Under the pieces are notes generated by a model. The model was not told the origin of the DNA and ran no database searches. It saw nothing but the letters and a program-made list of their open reading frames with translations. A stretch of DNA of 64,000 nt from Nitrospirota bacterium. Its GTDB lineage: Bacteria > Nitrospirota > UBA9217. The stretch spans positions 320,001 to 384,000 of the forward strand of contig CAWIYV010000014.1 in the NCBI GenBank assembly GCA_963840455.1, given 5' to 3'. The position numbers and the translations under genes are program-made. Below, one piece after another: positions 47,552-59,377 of the stretch; within the stretch, counting starts at the first letter, position 1; each line of letters starts with the position of its first letter.

Positions 47552-49483
47552 ATGCATATCCATAGAAGACTCATTGTACTGGTCGGCCTGGGGATGCTCC
47601 TCATCATGACCATCACCGTGCTCTCGGTAGAGAACATCACCGGTGAGTTCTCCCAGACCGTTCGGAGTGTCGGGACGATCTCGCTCGAGGTCCGCAAGGT
47701 CTGGAACATCGAGCAGAAGATCGGCGACGCGACCCGGATGGTCCGCGAGTACGTCAGGACCGGCGATGAGCATTACCGGCGCAACTATCGGATATTCCAC
47801 GATGCCGCGGAGCAGATGCTGACGGAGATGAACGCCCTGGAGCTGGACAAGCGCGAGGTGAAGGTCCTTGGGGCGCTCATGAACGATTTCAACACCATCG
47901 AGGACAAGGTCGAAAGGATATTCGTCCTTGACCTTGCGCATGCCGGGACCCGAACCGAGGCCAACACGCTCCTGAACGACCTGGACAACCTGGCCGCATG
48001 GATGCAGCACGACATCGAGCGCTACAAGGAGGAGAACGCCCTCCGCCTGGACTCGGTGGCAAAGGACATCCAGGGAACCAAGCTCAGGATCAATATCCTC
48101 TTCGGCATCATCCTCGTTGCAATGGTGGGGTTCCTCCTGGCCTTCGGTTTGTATCTCTACCGGAAACTTTCCATTCCGCTGGTCCAGCTGTGGCAGGGGG
48201 CGGAAGAGATAAGCCGCGGAAACCTCGACTACCAGATGCAGGTGCGGGGCGAGACCGACATCGCCATGCTGGCGGAGCGGTTCAACGAGATGGCCCAGAA
48301 GCTCAAGGCATCCTACGCCGGCCTCGAGCAGAGGCTGATGGAGCGAACGCAGCAGGTGGCCGCGATGAACTCGGTCGCGCTCACCCTCGGCAGGACCGGT
48401 ACCCTCAGGGAGGTACTCCAGGAGTCCTTGAAGACGGTCCTGCAAAGCTACTCGGACATAGAACCTCGCGGCGGCATCTTCCTGTGCGATCCCGACGGCG
48501 AGACCCTGCGGCTCACCGCGCACCTGGGCCTTACTCCGGAGTTCGCCGCCCGCGAGGAACGGATCAGGATGGGCGAATGCCTCTGCGGGATGGTCGCCCA
48601 GACCGGCGAGATGATCTATGCCGACAAGGGCTGCGGCGACCCGCGCCACACACGGGGTGATTCGCACCCGGGCGGCTCACACATCGTTATCCCCATCAAA
48701 TCGCGGGGGATCGTCCTTGGCGTCATCTTTCTCTATCCGGCGAAGAGCTTCAGCCTCAAGCCGTCTGACGTACGGATGTTCGACACCATTGGGGCCCAGC
48801 TCGGGATGGCAGTGGAGAACATCAGACTCTATGCCGAGGTGAAGGAATCGAGCGAGAAGTACTGGGACCTCTTCGAGAAATCCCGCGACATCCTTTTTAC
48901 CGTGGACGGGGAGGGCCGGCTTACGGTGGTGAACGAATCGATGGAGCGGTTCCTCGGCCGCACCAAGCGGGAGATCATCGGCGCGAGCATCTTCGACATT
49001 CTGACCGAGGAAGGCAGGGCGCTCGCCCGGCGCATCCTGGCCGGCGAGGTCCCCCTGGGGGAGCGCATCTTCGAGTTCGCCGTGAACAGACCCAACGGCA
49101 GACAGGCCTATCTCGAGATCAGCGGACGGAGGCTCGTCGTGAAGAACCATGCCGCCGGATTCCAGTTCGCCGCGCGGGACGTGACGGAGCAGAAAGAGCT
49201 CCGCGAACTTCTCGTCAAGGCGGAGCGCCTGGCCGCCATCGGCCAGGTCGGCATTGCCATGCGGCACGAGATCAACAACCCGCTGACCACGGTCATCGGA
49301 AACACGGAGCTGCTCCTGGACCGGGTTGAAGGGAGAGAAGGGGAACTGAAGAAGCGGCTCGAGCTGATCCTGAGCAATGCCTTGAGGATCTCGGAGATCG
49401 TCAAACGGATGCAGGAGATCAAACAGGACAAGACCGTCGAGTACCTGAAGGGCGTGAAGATGACGGATCTGACGAAGGAGTAG
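47552..49483 (+). CDS. Membrane sensor (TM-HAMP-GAF-PAS-HisKA) lacking a HATPase domain
   Basis: H-box HEINNPLTTV followed by a stop about 70 aa later; no N/G1/F/G2 boxes. Confidence 0.85.
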   Translation: MHIHRRLIVLVGLGMLLIMTITVLSVENITGEFSQTVRSVGTISLEVRKVWNIEQKIGDATRMVREYVRTGDEHYRRNYRIFHDAAEQMLTEMNALELDKREVKVLGALMNDFNTIEDKVERIFVLDLAHAGTRTEANTLLNDLDNLAAWMQHDIERYKEENALRLDSVAKDIQGTKLRINILFGIILVAMVGFLLAFGLYLYRKLSIPLVQLWQGAEEISRGNLDYQMQVRGETDIAMLAERFNEMAQKLKASYAGLEQRLMERTQQVAAMNSVALTLGRTGTLREVLQESLKTVLQSYSDIEPRGGIFLCDPDGETLRLTAHLGLTPEFAAREERIRMGECLCGMVAQTGEMIYADKGCGDPRHTRGDSHPGGSHIVIPIKSRGIVLGVIFLYPAKSFSLKPSDVRMFDTIGAQLGMAVENIRLYAEVKESSEKYWDLFEKSRDILFTVDGEGRLTVVNESMERFLGRTKREIIGASIFDILTEEGRALARRILAGEVPLGERIFEFAVNRPNGRQAYLEISGRRLVVKNHAAGFQFAARDVTEQKELRELLVKAERLAAIGQVGIAMRHEINNPLTTVIGNTELLLDRVEGREGELKKRLELILSNALRISEIVKRMQEIKQDKTVEYLKGVKMTDLTKE

Positions 49484-49530
49484 ATACGGACACGGAGACA
49501 CGGGGACACGGGGACAAGGGGACAAGGGCA

Positions 49531-50187
49531 ATGCGGAGGCATGCAGCTGGATGGACCGTGGGAGCCGCGGTAATCATGGCCTGCCTGTGCATCCTGATTG
49601 CCGCCACGAGTCACGCCGTGCTGCTCGACCGGGTGGTCGCGGCGGTGAACAATGATGTCATCACGCTCTCCGAGCTCCAGCAGGCGGTCGCGTTCAACGC
49701 GGCCGTCGGCGGGAAGGCCAGCGGGAGCCGGCTCGAAATGGAGACCCTGCAGGGCATCATCAACCGGCGGCTGCTGCTGCAGGAGGCTTACCGCCTCAAG
49801 GTCGCTGAGGTGTCGGAACAGGACATCGCGGCTGAGGTCGTGCGGCTTCGCGAGCGGCTCGGGACCGAAGCCGCGTTCCGGGAGTTCCTTGCCCGGATCG
49901 GTTTGACCGAGGCGCAGCTCGAGAAGCTTCTGGGCGAGCGCCTGCTGGTCGAGCGGTTCGTGGAGAAGAAGATCGGTCTCTTCGCCCGCGTGAACCGGGA
50001 TGATGTCCAGGCCTACTTCCGAGAGCATCCTGACGAGTTCAGGGACAAGCGATTCACGGAGGTCCAGAAACAGATCACGGCGCGCCTGACCGAGCAGAAA
50101 GTAAGCCAGCAGCTCGACCAGTACGTGGATGAGCTCCGCAGCCGGGCGTTCATCAGGATCAATGCGGTGCGGGAAGACGGGCAGTAG
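49531..50187 (+). CDS. SurA N-terminal-domain chaperone-like protein
   Basis: DRVVAAVNNDVITLSEL; C-terminal YVDELRSRAFIRI. Confidence 0.82.
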   Translation: MRRHAAGWTVGAAVIMACLCILIAATSHAVLLDRVVAAVNNDVITLSELQQAVAFNAAVGGKASGSRLEMETLQGIINRRLLLQEAYRLKVAEVSEQDIAAEVVRLRERLGTEAAFREFLARIGLTEAQLEKLLGERLLVERFVEKKIGLFARVNRDDVQAYFREHPDEFRDKRFTEVQKQITARLTEQKVSQQLDQYVDELRSRAFIRINAVREDGQ

Positions 50188-50199
50188 GGAAGGACGAGG

Positions 50200-50241
<42 letters not shown>

Positions 50242-50293
50242 ACATCCCTTCCAGAAGCATTCATAGATTTTCCCGAAAAGGAGCATCGTTCCC

Positions 50294-51235
50294 ATGAAAA
50301 AGATCATATTCCCTGCAATTATTCTATTCTTGCTCGCGGGAGCCGGCGGCTGCACGTTCCTGAAGGTGAACATCGGGGACGAGGTCCAGCCGCTCACGGA
50401 AAAGGCCATTGCCGGCAAGGGACGGGACAAGGTCCTGGTCCTGGACATCAGCGGCATCATCATGGGCGGGGAGACCGGCTCCCCCCTGTCTGACCGGAAG
50501 AAGCCCGGCCTGATCGCTCGGGTGCGCGAGGCCCTTGACCGGGCGCGTCAGGACGCACAGGTGAAGGCGGTGGTGCTCCGCGTGAACAGCCCGGGCGGCG
50601 GCGTCACGGCGTCCGACATCCTGTACCACGAGCTCAAGACGTTCAAACAGGAGACGGGCGTGACGCTCGTGGCGCATATCATGGATGTGGGGGCTTCGGG
50701 CGCCTATTACGCGGCGCTGGCCGCAGATGCCATCACAGCGCAGCCCACGAGCGTGACCGGCAGCATCGGCGTCATCATGTACCGTATCGACGCCACGGGC
50801 CTGATGCAGAAGATCGGGCTCCAGACCGCGGAGATCGTGTCGGCAGACAAGAAGGGCATCGGCTCTCCCTTCCGGCCCCTCACGGACGACGAGCGGAAGA
50901 TCTTTCAGGGGTTCATCGATTCGCTCTACGGCCGGTTCACCGGCCTTGTCGCCGAGGAGCGGAGGATGACGCCGGACGCGGTGAAAAAGATGGCGGACGG
51001 AAGGATCTTTACGAGCCAGGAGGCGCAGGCGGGCGGGCTCATCGACGGGATCGGGTACCTGGAGGGCGCCATCGAGCTGGCGAAGAAGAAGGCGGGCCTG
51101 TCGGAGGCCACGGTGGTGACCTATTTCCGTCCGGGCGAATACCGGACCAATATCTATTCCATGAACCTGATCAACATCGACCTGGGGGACCTTGCGGACC
51201 CGGGAGCGAAGTTCCTTTATCTGTGGTGGCCGTAA
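50294..51235 (+). CDS. sppA: Signal peptide peptidase SppA (S49), lipoprotein
   Basis: LRVNSPGG, GASGAYY, TGSIGV, ADGRIFT. Confidence 0.92.
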   Translation: MKKIIFPAIILFLLAGAGGCTFLKVNIGDEVQPLTEKAIAGKGRDKVLVLDISGIIMGGETGSPLSDRKKPGLIARVREALDRARQDAQVKAVVLRVNSPGGGVTASDILYHELKTFKQETGVTLVAHIMDVGASGAYYAALAADAITAQPTSVTGSIGVIMYRIDATGLMQKIGLQTAEIVSADKKGIGSPFRPLTDDERKIFQGFIDSLYGRFTGLVAEERRMTPDAVKKMADGRIFTSQEAQAGGLIDGIGYLEGAIELAKKKAGLSEATVVTYFRPGEYRTNIYSMNLINIDLGDLADPGAKFLYLWWP

Positions 51236-51289
51236 GCAGGATCTGATGACACAATATATCATCCTGGCGACAGATATGTCACTCACGCG

Positions 51290-51474
51290 TGGCATTCGTT
51301 TTGCTGAAGCCGTTAACACCGAAAATTCGTTGATTCCGACTTAGCCCCTAACTAGACAATCATTGATTAGGCACATACGATAATCGACAAGTATCGGGCA
51401 TTGTTTTTGCTAAACTGGTAAGGAACGGAAATCCATACTTTACGACTTAGCTACGGCTAGATAATCATTGGTTA
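51290..51474 (+). promoter_or_regulatory. Two tandem sigma54 (-24/-12) promoter-like units with a 106-bp period
   Basis: tGGcattcgttttGCt (51290) and gGGcattgtttttGCt (51396), each followed by cgacttagc...ctagaYaatcattgRtta. Confidence 0.6.
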
Positions 51475-51487
51475 TCTGGTAAATAAA

Positions 51488-52034
51488 ATGGACATTGGAT
51501 TCGACACTCGGAAGACTTGACTTCAAAAAACATTGAGATTCTCCATATCCCACTGAATGTCGTGGCGTAGAGGTAAAAAGTATTGACCTCGTTCTGCTCT
51601 CGGCGGACACGGTTGGTTGTATAACGACTTATTATGGCCGCTTTGGAAACATCAAAAAACTTGATCCAAAGCGAGAGAGTATTCTTAAACAGTGTCGTAT
51701 TGAACTAGCCGTGGTCGTTGAAAAACTCGATGGTTTTGCTAAAAAGTATTTTAAGGAGTTATTAACACTTACTGATATTGTGTTAAATGAACTAAACCCA
51801 ATCAAAAAGACTCCAGACGAATTATATAAATTCATTAATTCCGCCATTATAAAGCTTGAAGCTCTGAAGCTAGATGCAAAACCATTACAGGATGTTCAGA
51901 AAATGGCATCACAACATCGTCTGAATGGCTTGGGGAACTTGGGAAAGCGGTGCGAGAAGTTCAAAAGCAAGAAATCGAAACAGATACTGGAAACTCCCCC
52001 ACGCCCACGCTCATGCGAACAGGCCAATGCGTGA
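51488..52034 (+). pseudogene. Disrupted AT-rich hypothetical gene
   Basis: The frame of ORF 51711-52034 extends upstream as KH*DSPYPTECRGVEVKSIDLVLLSADTVGCITTYYGR, with in-frame TGA 51534-51536 and no intact start. Confidence 0.55.
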
Positions 52035-52184
52035 GTGGGCGGCAACCATCCATTTCCTCTACTGCTCTGGCTGGGGAATTCTCGCCGCGATTTTCTTGGG
52101 ATGGTGTAGGAATCAGTGTACTCCAGATCCTTACAATTGACACTTATGAGGCATTTTCGTGAACCATGTCGCCTCAGCCATTTG

Positions 52185-52363
52185 GCATAATTCGCCGACC
52201 GCTTCGCGGCGAGTGAACTCGTTGATAGCCGCGCTTCGCGAGGCACATCGACGGGATAATGGACCGACCTGATGTCTCGCGCGAAATCAGACGCGACGCC
52301 ATCAACCAGGTCGAGACGGACTTGCCCTCTCCGGGGGCACGCCGCTCACCCCGACCGCTAGAC
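52185..52363 (+). other. Two degenerate attC-like sites (52185-52230; 52301-52363)
   Basis: First contains cgccgaccgcttcgcggcg, identical to the minus strand of 16428-16446; second has GGTCGAG...CTCACC boxes and ends GCTAGAC. Confidence 0.55.
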
Positions 52364-52413
52364 CTGCGCGGGGTATACAGTTTAAGTCATAATAAGCATG
52401 GAGGTAGGCGGAT

Positions 52414-52875
52414 ATGAAATCACAGAAAGCAATCGATGGGATTCTCATGGGTTTCTCATTTGTATCATTGCTGTTGATAGGATTCAGCGGTACAGCTATC
52501 GGAAGGTCATCGGCGGATGATGTTGCCATAAAGGGGTACGATACCGTCGCATATTTCAAGGCCGGCAAGGCGCTCAAAGGCAATGAGTCATTTACCTTCC
52601 CGTGGCATGGCATGACCTGGCATTTCTCAACCAAAGAGAACAGGGACCTGTTTGCGGCCGGTCCGGAGAAATACGCTCCGCAATATGATGGTTATTGTGC
52701 CTGGGCCATGACGGAGGCACGGAAAGCCATTACCGATCCTGAAGTATGGAAGATCGTTGACGGGAAGCTTTACCTGAATTGCAGCAGGGAAGCGTATGAA
52801 AAATGGAGCAGGGATATTCCCGGCAACATCAAAAAGGCCGATACGAACTGGTTAAAATTCTCCGGCAGAAATTGA
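52414..52875 (+). CDS. YHS-domain (seleno)protein family member, Cys form
   Basis: AIKGYDTVAYF, PEKYAPQYDGYCAWAM, WKIVDGKLYLN, IKKADTNW. Confidence 0.88.
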   Translation: MKSQKAIDGILMGFSFVSLLLIGFSGTAIGRSSADDVAIKGYDTVAYFKAGKALKGNESFTFPWHGMTWHFSTKENRDLFAAGPEKYAPQYDGYCAWAMTEARKAITDPEVWKIVDGKLYLNCSREAYEKWSRDIPGNIKKADTNWLKFSGRN

Positions 52876-52980
52876 TCGCATAACTTTCAAGACATCTGTG
52901 AGAGATCGAACGGAATCCGCAGTTATTACCCCACGATAGAGGCATCCTTGTCCCGCTGCATTTCTATCCAATAAGACTTT

Positions 52981-53083
52981 TAAATCCAGGAGCGAGCGCA
53001 TTCCCCGTAGCATGCTGCGGGGTTAGCGAGCGATTTTACTACCCTGAGGATCGAAGATTCCCTGCAGCTTGCTGCAGGGAGCT
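52981..53083 (-). mobile_element. Solo 103-bp copy of the two-hairpin element
   Basis: Minus strand: TTGA|agctccctgcagcaagctgcagggaatcttcgatcctcagggtag...ccccgcagcatgctacggggaatgcgctcgctcctggattta. Confidence 0.85.
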
Positions 53084-53245
53084 TCAATCCAGGAATGGGC
53101 GTAGTCCGCAGTTTGCTGCAGGAACTTCCCGGTATCAGGCCCTCCCACAAGTCATGAGCGGTCAGTGCGAACTGATCAAGATACTCCTTGAATAGGATAG
53201 GCCATTGTGTTAAATTTGACACAGTTTTTCCGGGGAGGGCCGGCA

Positions 53246-53800
53246 ATGAAAAAAGAACTTCTGCTGGCAGCTGCATCGTTCATTTTGTTCAGCACAGCGG
53301 CACCTGCTGATGAGAGGGCGTCATCCCGGGACTACCGCGCCGCGGAAAGGCTCTTCGCTGCCGAACAATATCAGGAAGCCCTTGTACTCTATAAAAAAAC
53401 GCTCTCTTCCCCGCCGGAGAACCTTTCCGCCGGCGTCATCAACAACAAGATCGGCGACACCTACTTCCGTCTCGCGGACTACCGGAACGCGCTCGACGCG
53501 TACCGCAAGGCGATCAGGGACCAGCGGCCAGCGGACCGTCCGCAGACGCAGTACTGGATCGGCTTCTGCTGCTACCTCGTCGGCCGCGATGCCGAGGCAG
53601 TGGACGAGTTCCTGAAGATTCCGGCCATGTATCCGGACGCCAAAGCGTGGGGTTCCACGGCGTACTACTGGGCCGGCAGGGCCAGCGAGCGCATGGGAAA
53701 AAAGGAACAGGCGGCAGAGTATTACCGGAAGGCAGGCGGCGGCAAATCCACGCAGGGGAAGTTCGCTCAGAAAAGGGCGGAGGCGGTAAAGGATAAATAG
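53246..53800 (+). CDS. Exported TPR protein
   Basis: Signal peptide; TPR helices (KIGDTYFRLADYRNALDAY, YWIGFCCY, YYWAGRASE). Confidence 0.82.
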   Translation: MKKELLLAAASFILFSTAAPADERASSRDYRAAERLFAAEQYQEALVLYKKTLSSPPENLSAGVINNKIGDTYFRLADYRNALDAYRKAIRDQRPADRPQTQYWIGFCCYLVGRDAEAVDEFLKIPAMYPDAKAWGSTAYYWAGRASERMGKKEQAAEYYRKAGGGKSTQGKFAQKRAEAVKDK

Positions 53801-53866
53801 GGTCAAGGGGCAGGGGGCAAGGGTCAAGAAATGCGCATGAACGTGACCCATGACCCATATAAATCC

Positions 53867-55567
<1,701 letters not shown>

Positions 55568-55658
55568 CATTGCGGATCGCGAATTGTGGAATAGAAAAGC
55601 AGGCCAGACGGAGGCATGCATGACTGTCGACTGCCGGCTATCGACGAAGGACTGAACT

Positions 55659-55865
55659 ATGGGAAAGATCGTCATCAATGTAGAATATTGCAAGGGCTGC
55701 GAGCTCTGCACCACGGCCTGCGCCTTCAATCTGATCAAGCCCGGGAAGGGCTTCAATAAGAGCGGCTATTATGTGGTGGAGTTTCATGACCCCAAGGGGG
55801 CCTGCACCGGCTGCACACTGTGCGCAGAGATGTGCCCGGACGTGGCGATAGAGGTGTGGAAGTAG
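55659..55865 (+). CDS. 2x[4Fe-4S] ferredoxin (2-oxoacid oxidoreductase delta subunit)
   Basis: CKGCELCTTAC and CTGCTLCAEMCPD. Confidence 0.9.
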   Translation: MGKIVINVEYCKGCELCTTACAFNLIKPGKGFNKSGYYVVEFHDPKGACTGCTLCAEMCPDVAIEVWK

Positions 55866-55954
55866 GGGACAGGAGACAGGAGACAGGAGGAATACCATCT
55901 TCCCTGCTTCTTTGAAGATATGTATCCCATCATGCGTCAGGAGAGTGTCAACAC

Positions 55955-57052
55955 GTGGCCAAGATCCTCATAACAGGTAATGAAGCGCTTGCCGAGGCAG
56001 CCATCCGCGCCGGCTGCAAGCGGTATTTCGGCTACCCCATCACGCCGCAGAACGAGGTCCCGGAGTATATGTCGCGCCGCATGCCGGAGATCGGCGGCAC
56101 GTTCATCCAGGCTGAGAGCGAGCTCGCGGCCATCAGTATGGTCTACGGCGCGGCCGCCGTGGGCGAGCGCGCCATGACATCATCGTCGAGCCCCGGCATC
56201 AGCCTCATGCAGGAGGCGCTTTCGTACATGGCTGCATGCGAGCTCCCTGCGGTGATCGTGAACGTTCAGCGCGGCGGACCCGGGCTCGGAAGCATCTCGG
56301 CATCGCAGGCGGACTATTTCCAGGCGGTGAAGGGCGGCGGCCACGGCGACTACAAGCTCCTCGTGTACGCGCCGGCCAACCTCCAGGAGGTCGTGGACCT
56401 CACGGTGAAGGCCTTCGACAAGGCCGATGAATACCGCACGCCGGTCATGATCCTGAGCGACGGCGTGATCGGCCAGATGATGGAACCCGTGGAGCTGCCG
56501 GAGTTCGCGCTGAAGCAGCCGGACAAGCCCTGGGCCCTTACGGGTGCAAAGAAGGGAAAGCCCCCCAAGGTCATCCGTTCGCTCTTCATGCTGCCGGGCG
56601 AGGAAGGCATGCTGGAGCAGCACAACTATGATCTCAAGGCGAAATACGACCGCATGGCCGAGCGTGAGGTAATGGCCGAGACCATGCAAATGGACGACGC
56701 TGAGCTCGCCGTCGTGGCGTTCGGGACCTCGGCGCGCATCGCGAAGAGCGCTTTAGCGATCGCGCGGGACGAGGGGATCAGGGTCGGGCTCATCCGGCCC
56801 ATCACGCTCTTCCCGTTCCCGGAGAAGGTCATCGCGAAGGCGGCGGAGAAGGTCGCTCATGTTCTCGTGGTGGAGATGAATCTCGGCCAGATGGTCGAGG
56901 ACGTTCGGCTCGCGGTGAACGGCAGGGTGCCGGTCTCGTTCTACGGCAGGCCGGGCGGCGCCATCCTTGGGGTGGATGACATCGTCCAAGCGATCCGGAG
57001 CAACGCCCAGTGCGGGGCACGGAACGAAGTGTGCTCTGCCCAGCAGCTCTGA
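55955..57052 (+). CDS. vorB: 2-oxoacid:ferredoxin oxidoreductase alpha-type subunit (VorB-like)
   Basis: [41 protein letters not shown]. Confidence 0.85.
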   Translation: MAKILITGNEALAEAAIRAGCKRYFGYPITPQNEVPEYMSRRMPEIGGTFIQAESELAAISMVYGAAAVGERAMTSSSSPGISLMQEALSYMAACELPAVIVNVQRGGPGLGSISASQADYFQAVKGGGHGDYKLLVYAPANLQEVVDLTVKAFDKADEYRTPVMILSDGVIGQMMEPVELPEFALKQPDKPWALTGAKKGKPPKVIRSLFMLPGEEGMLEQHNYDLKAKYDRMAEREVMAETMQMDDAELAVVAFGTSARIAKSALAIARDEGIRVGLIRPITLFPFPEKVIAKAAEKVAHVLVVEMNLGQMVEDVRLAVNGRVPVSFYGRPGGAILGVDDIVQAIRSNAQCGARNEVCSAQQL

Positions 57053-57080
57053 GTATCGGGACGCCGGGCGCGAAGGAGGA

Positions 57081-58022
57081 ATGTTCGTGGCGAAGGATAA
57101 GAGCATTCTGGATATGATCGGCAACACGCCGATGATGAAGCTTTCCCGCATTGCGAAAGCGGACAATGCCGAGGTGTGGGTGAAGCTCGAGGGGTTCAAC
57201 CCGGGCGGCAGCGTAAAGGACCGCATTGCCCTCTCCATGATCGAGGAGGCGGAGCAGCGGGGAAGGCTGAAGAAGGGCATGAAGATCGTGGAGCCCACGA
57301 GCGGCAACACCGGCATCGGGCTCGCAATGGTTGCGGCGGTGAAGGGCTATCCCATTGTGCTGACCATGCCCGAGTCCATGAGCATGGAACGCCGCCAGCT
57401 CCTGCAGGCCTATGGCGCCGAACTGGTCCTGACCCCGGCTGCCAAGGGCATGCGGGGCGCTGTGGAAAAGGCCGGCGAGATCGCGGCGTCTGGTAAAGAA
57501 TATTTCATGCCGCAGCAGTTCGAGAATCCCGCGAACGCGATGGTCCACCGTCAGACCACGGCACGTGAGATCCTCGACTTCATGGGCGGGAAGCGCATTG
57601 ACGCCTTTGTCGCCGGCGTCGGCACCGGCGGAACGATCACGGGCGTGGGCGAGGTGCTCCGGAAGAAGGTCAAGGGCGTCAGGATCTATGCTGTCGAACC
57701 GGCTGCGTCGCCGGTCCTCTCGGGCGGACAGGCCGGCCCCCATCCCATCCAGGGCATCGGCGCAGGCTTTGTGCCGAAGGTCCTGAACACCAAGGTCTAT
57801 GATGAGATCATCCAGGTGACGGCCGACGACGCGAAGGGAACGGCGAAGCGGTTGGCCATGGAAGAGGGGCTCCTCGTAGGCATTTCCTCCGGAGCCGCGT
57901 GCTGGGCTGCGCTCCAGGTCGCGGTGAAGCTCGGCAAGGGCAAGCGGGTCGTCACCGTGTTCCCCGACGGCGGTGAGCGGTACCTGTCGATGGGGGTGTT
58001 CGGCAATCCAGAAGCGAAATGA
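57081..58022 (+). CDS. cysK: Cysteine synthase A
   Basis: [45 protein letters not shown]. Confidence 0.95.
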   Translation: MFVAKDKSILDMIGNTPMMKLSRIAKADNAEVWVKLEGFNPGGSVKDRIALSMIEEAEQRGRLKKGMKIVEPTSGNTGIGLAMVAAVKGYPIVLTMPESMSMERRQLLQAYGAELVLTPAAKGMRGAVEKAGEIAASGKEYFMPQQFENPANAMVHRQTTAREILDFMGGKRIDAFVAGVGTGGTITGVGEVLRKKVKGVRIYAVEPAASPVLSGGQAGPHPIQGIGAGFVPKVLNTKVYDEIIQVTADDAKGTAKRLAMEEGLLVGISSGAACWAALQVAVKLGKGKRVVTVFPDGGERYLSMGVFGNPEAK

Positions 58023-58159
58023 TTTCACTGCTGAGATCGCAGCCAAAAGGAGGCGCTTCTCAGCGAGAGCGCAGAGGTTTGAATTTTGGTTGCTGCTTCT
58101 TTACTTCTTGTCCGCGTGCTCCGCGTCCTCTGCGGTAAAATATTTTCTCCGGAAGTAAA

Positions 58160-59284
58160 ATGAACCGCATCTACCTCGACTATAACGCCAGTACCCCCAT
58201 CGCGCCTCAAGTTCTTGAGGCGATGATGCCCTACCTTACGACGAAGTTCGGTAATCCTTCTTCCTCTCACCGCTTCGGCGTGGAATCCCGGGCAGCTATC
58301 GAGCAGGCGCGGGAGCGACTTGCGAAGCTTCTGGACTGCGAAGCATCAGAGATCATCTTTACAAGCGGCGCCACTGAGTCGAATAACATGGTGATCAAGG
58401 GGCTTGCCAAGGCTTCGGGCAAAGGCAAACATTTCATCACGTCGCAGATCGAACACCCGGCTGTGCTGGAGCCCTGCCGGCACGTCGAGCGCTTTGGCTA
58501 CACGGTCACCTATCTTCCTGTCGACCAATACGGCCTGATCGATCCGGCTGACCTAGAGAAGGCGATCACACCGGACACAGCGCTCATCACCATCATGCAT
58601 TCGAACAACGAGGTCGGCACCATCCAGGACATCAGGGCGCTCGCGAAGATCGCGGCTTCCCGCAATGTGCCGCTCCACACCGACGCAGCGCAGAGTTGCG
58701 GCAAGGTCCCGTGCAGGGTGGATGAGCTTGGCATTGACTTCCTGACCGTGGCAGGCCATAAGTTCTACGCGCCGAAGGGCGTGGGTGCACTCTATATAAG
58801 GAAGGGGACAAAACTTCCGCCGATGCTGCACGGAGCAGGCCATGAACGCGGCATGCGGCCAGGCACCGAGAATCTCGCGAGCGTCGTCGGGCTCGGCGCT
58901 GCCTGCGAGCTTGCGATGCCGCTCCTCTCGACGGAAGGGCCGCGCCAGAAGAAGCTGGGCAAGCGATTGCTCGATGGACTGAAGAATGCCGGCCTCAAGG
59001 TCCACCTGAACGGACATCCCGAGCAGAAGCTTCCGAATACCGGGAACATCAGTTTCGAGGGCTATGACGCGGCGACGGTGATGGAAGCGCTCGGGAAGGA
59101 CATCGCGGTCTCTCCCGGCGCCGCGTGCCATGGCGATACGGTGAATGCTTCCCATGTTCTCGTCGCCATGGGCGTAGACCCAAAACTCAGCCGGGGCGCT
59201 GTCAGATTTAGCCTGGGCAGGGAAACGATGGAAAAAGATATCGATGAAGTCGTCGAGATCTTGAAAAGAAAGCTGAAAAAATAG
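58160..59284 (+). CDS. Group I cysteine desulfurase (NifS/IscS-like, GAACH variant)
   Basis: YLDYNASTP, FTSGATESNN, HTDAAQS, AGHKFYAPKG, SPGAACH. Confidence 0.92.
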   Translation: MNRIYLDYNASTPIAPQVLEAMMPYLTTKFGNPSSSHRFGVESRAAIEQARERLAKLLDCEASEIIFTSGATESNNMVIKGLAKASGKGKHFITSQIEHPAVLEPCRHVERFGYTVTYLPVDQYGLIDPADLEKAITPDTALITIMHSNNEVGTIQDIRALAKIAASRNVPLHTDAAQSCGKVPCRVDELGIDFLTVAGHKFYAPKGVGALYIRKGTKLPPMLHGAGHERGMRPGTENLASVVGLGAACELAMPLLSTEGPRQKKLGKRLLDGLKNAGLKVHLNGHPEQKLPNTGNISFEGYDAATVMEALGKDIAVSPGAACHGDTVNASHVLVAMGVDPKLSRGAVRFSLGRETMEKDIDEVVEILKRKLKK

Positions 59285-59377
59285 CGCTTATCTCGCAGAA
59301 ACGCAGATCTCCCGAAGACGGAGATAGATCGTCGCCGGCCGACTGTTAGTCAGATCGATTCAACTAGTGTTTGTCTT

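Noticed and set aside
51534-51536. In-frame TGA as selenocysteine
   Set aside because: No SECIS-like hairpin seen and the upstream frame is also broken; more likely decay
52414-52875. YHS protein as a third selenoprotein
   Set aside because: The relevant position is TGT (Cys) and the ORF is uninterrupted
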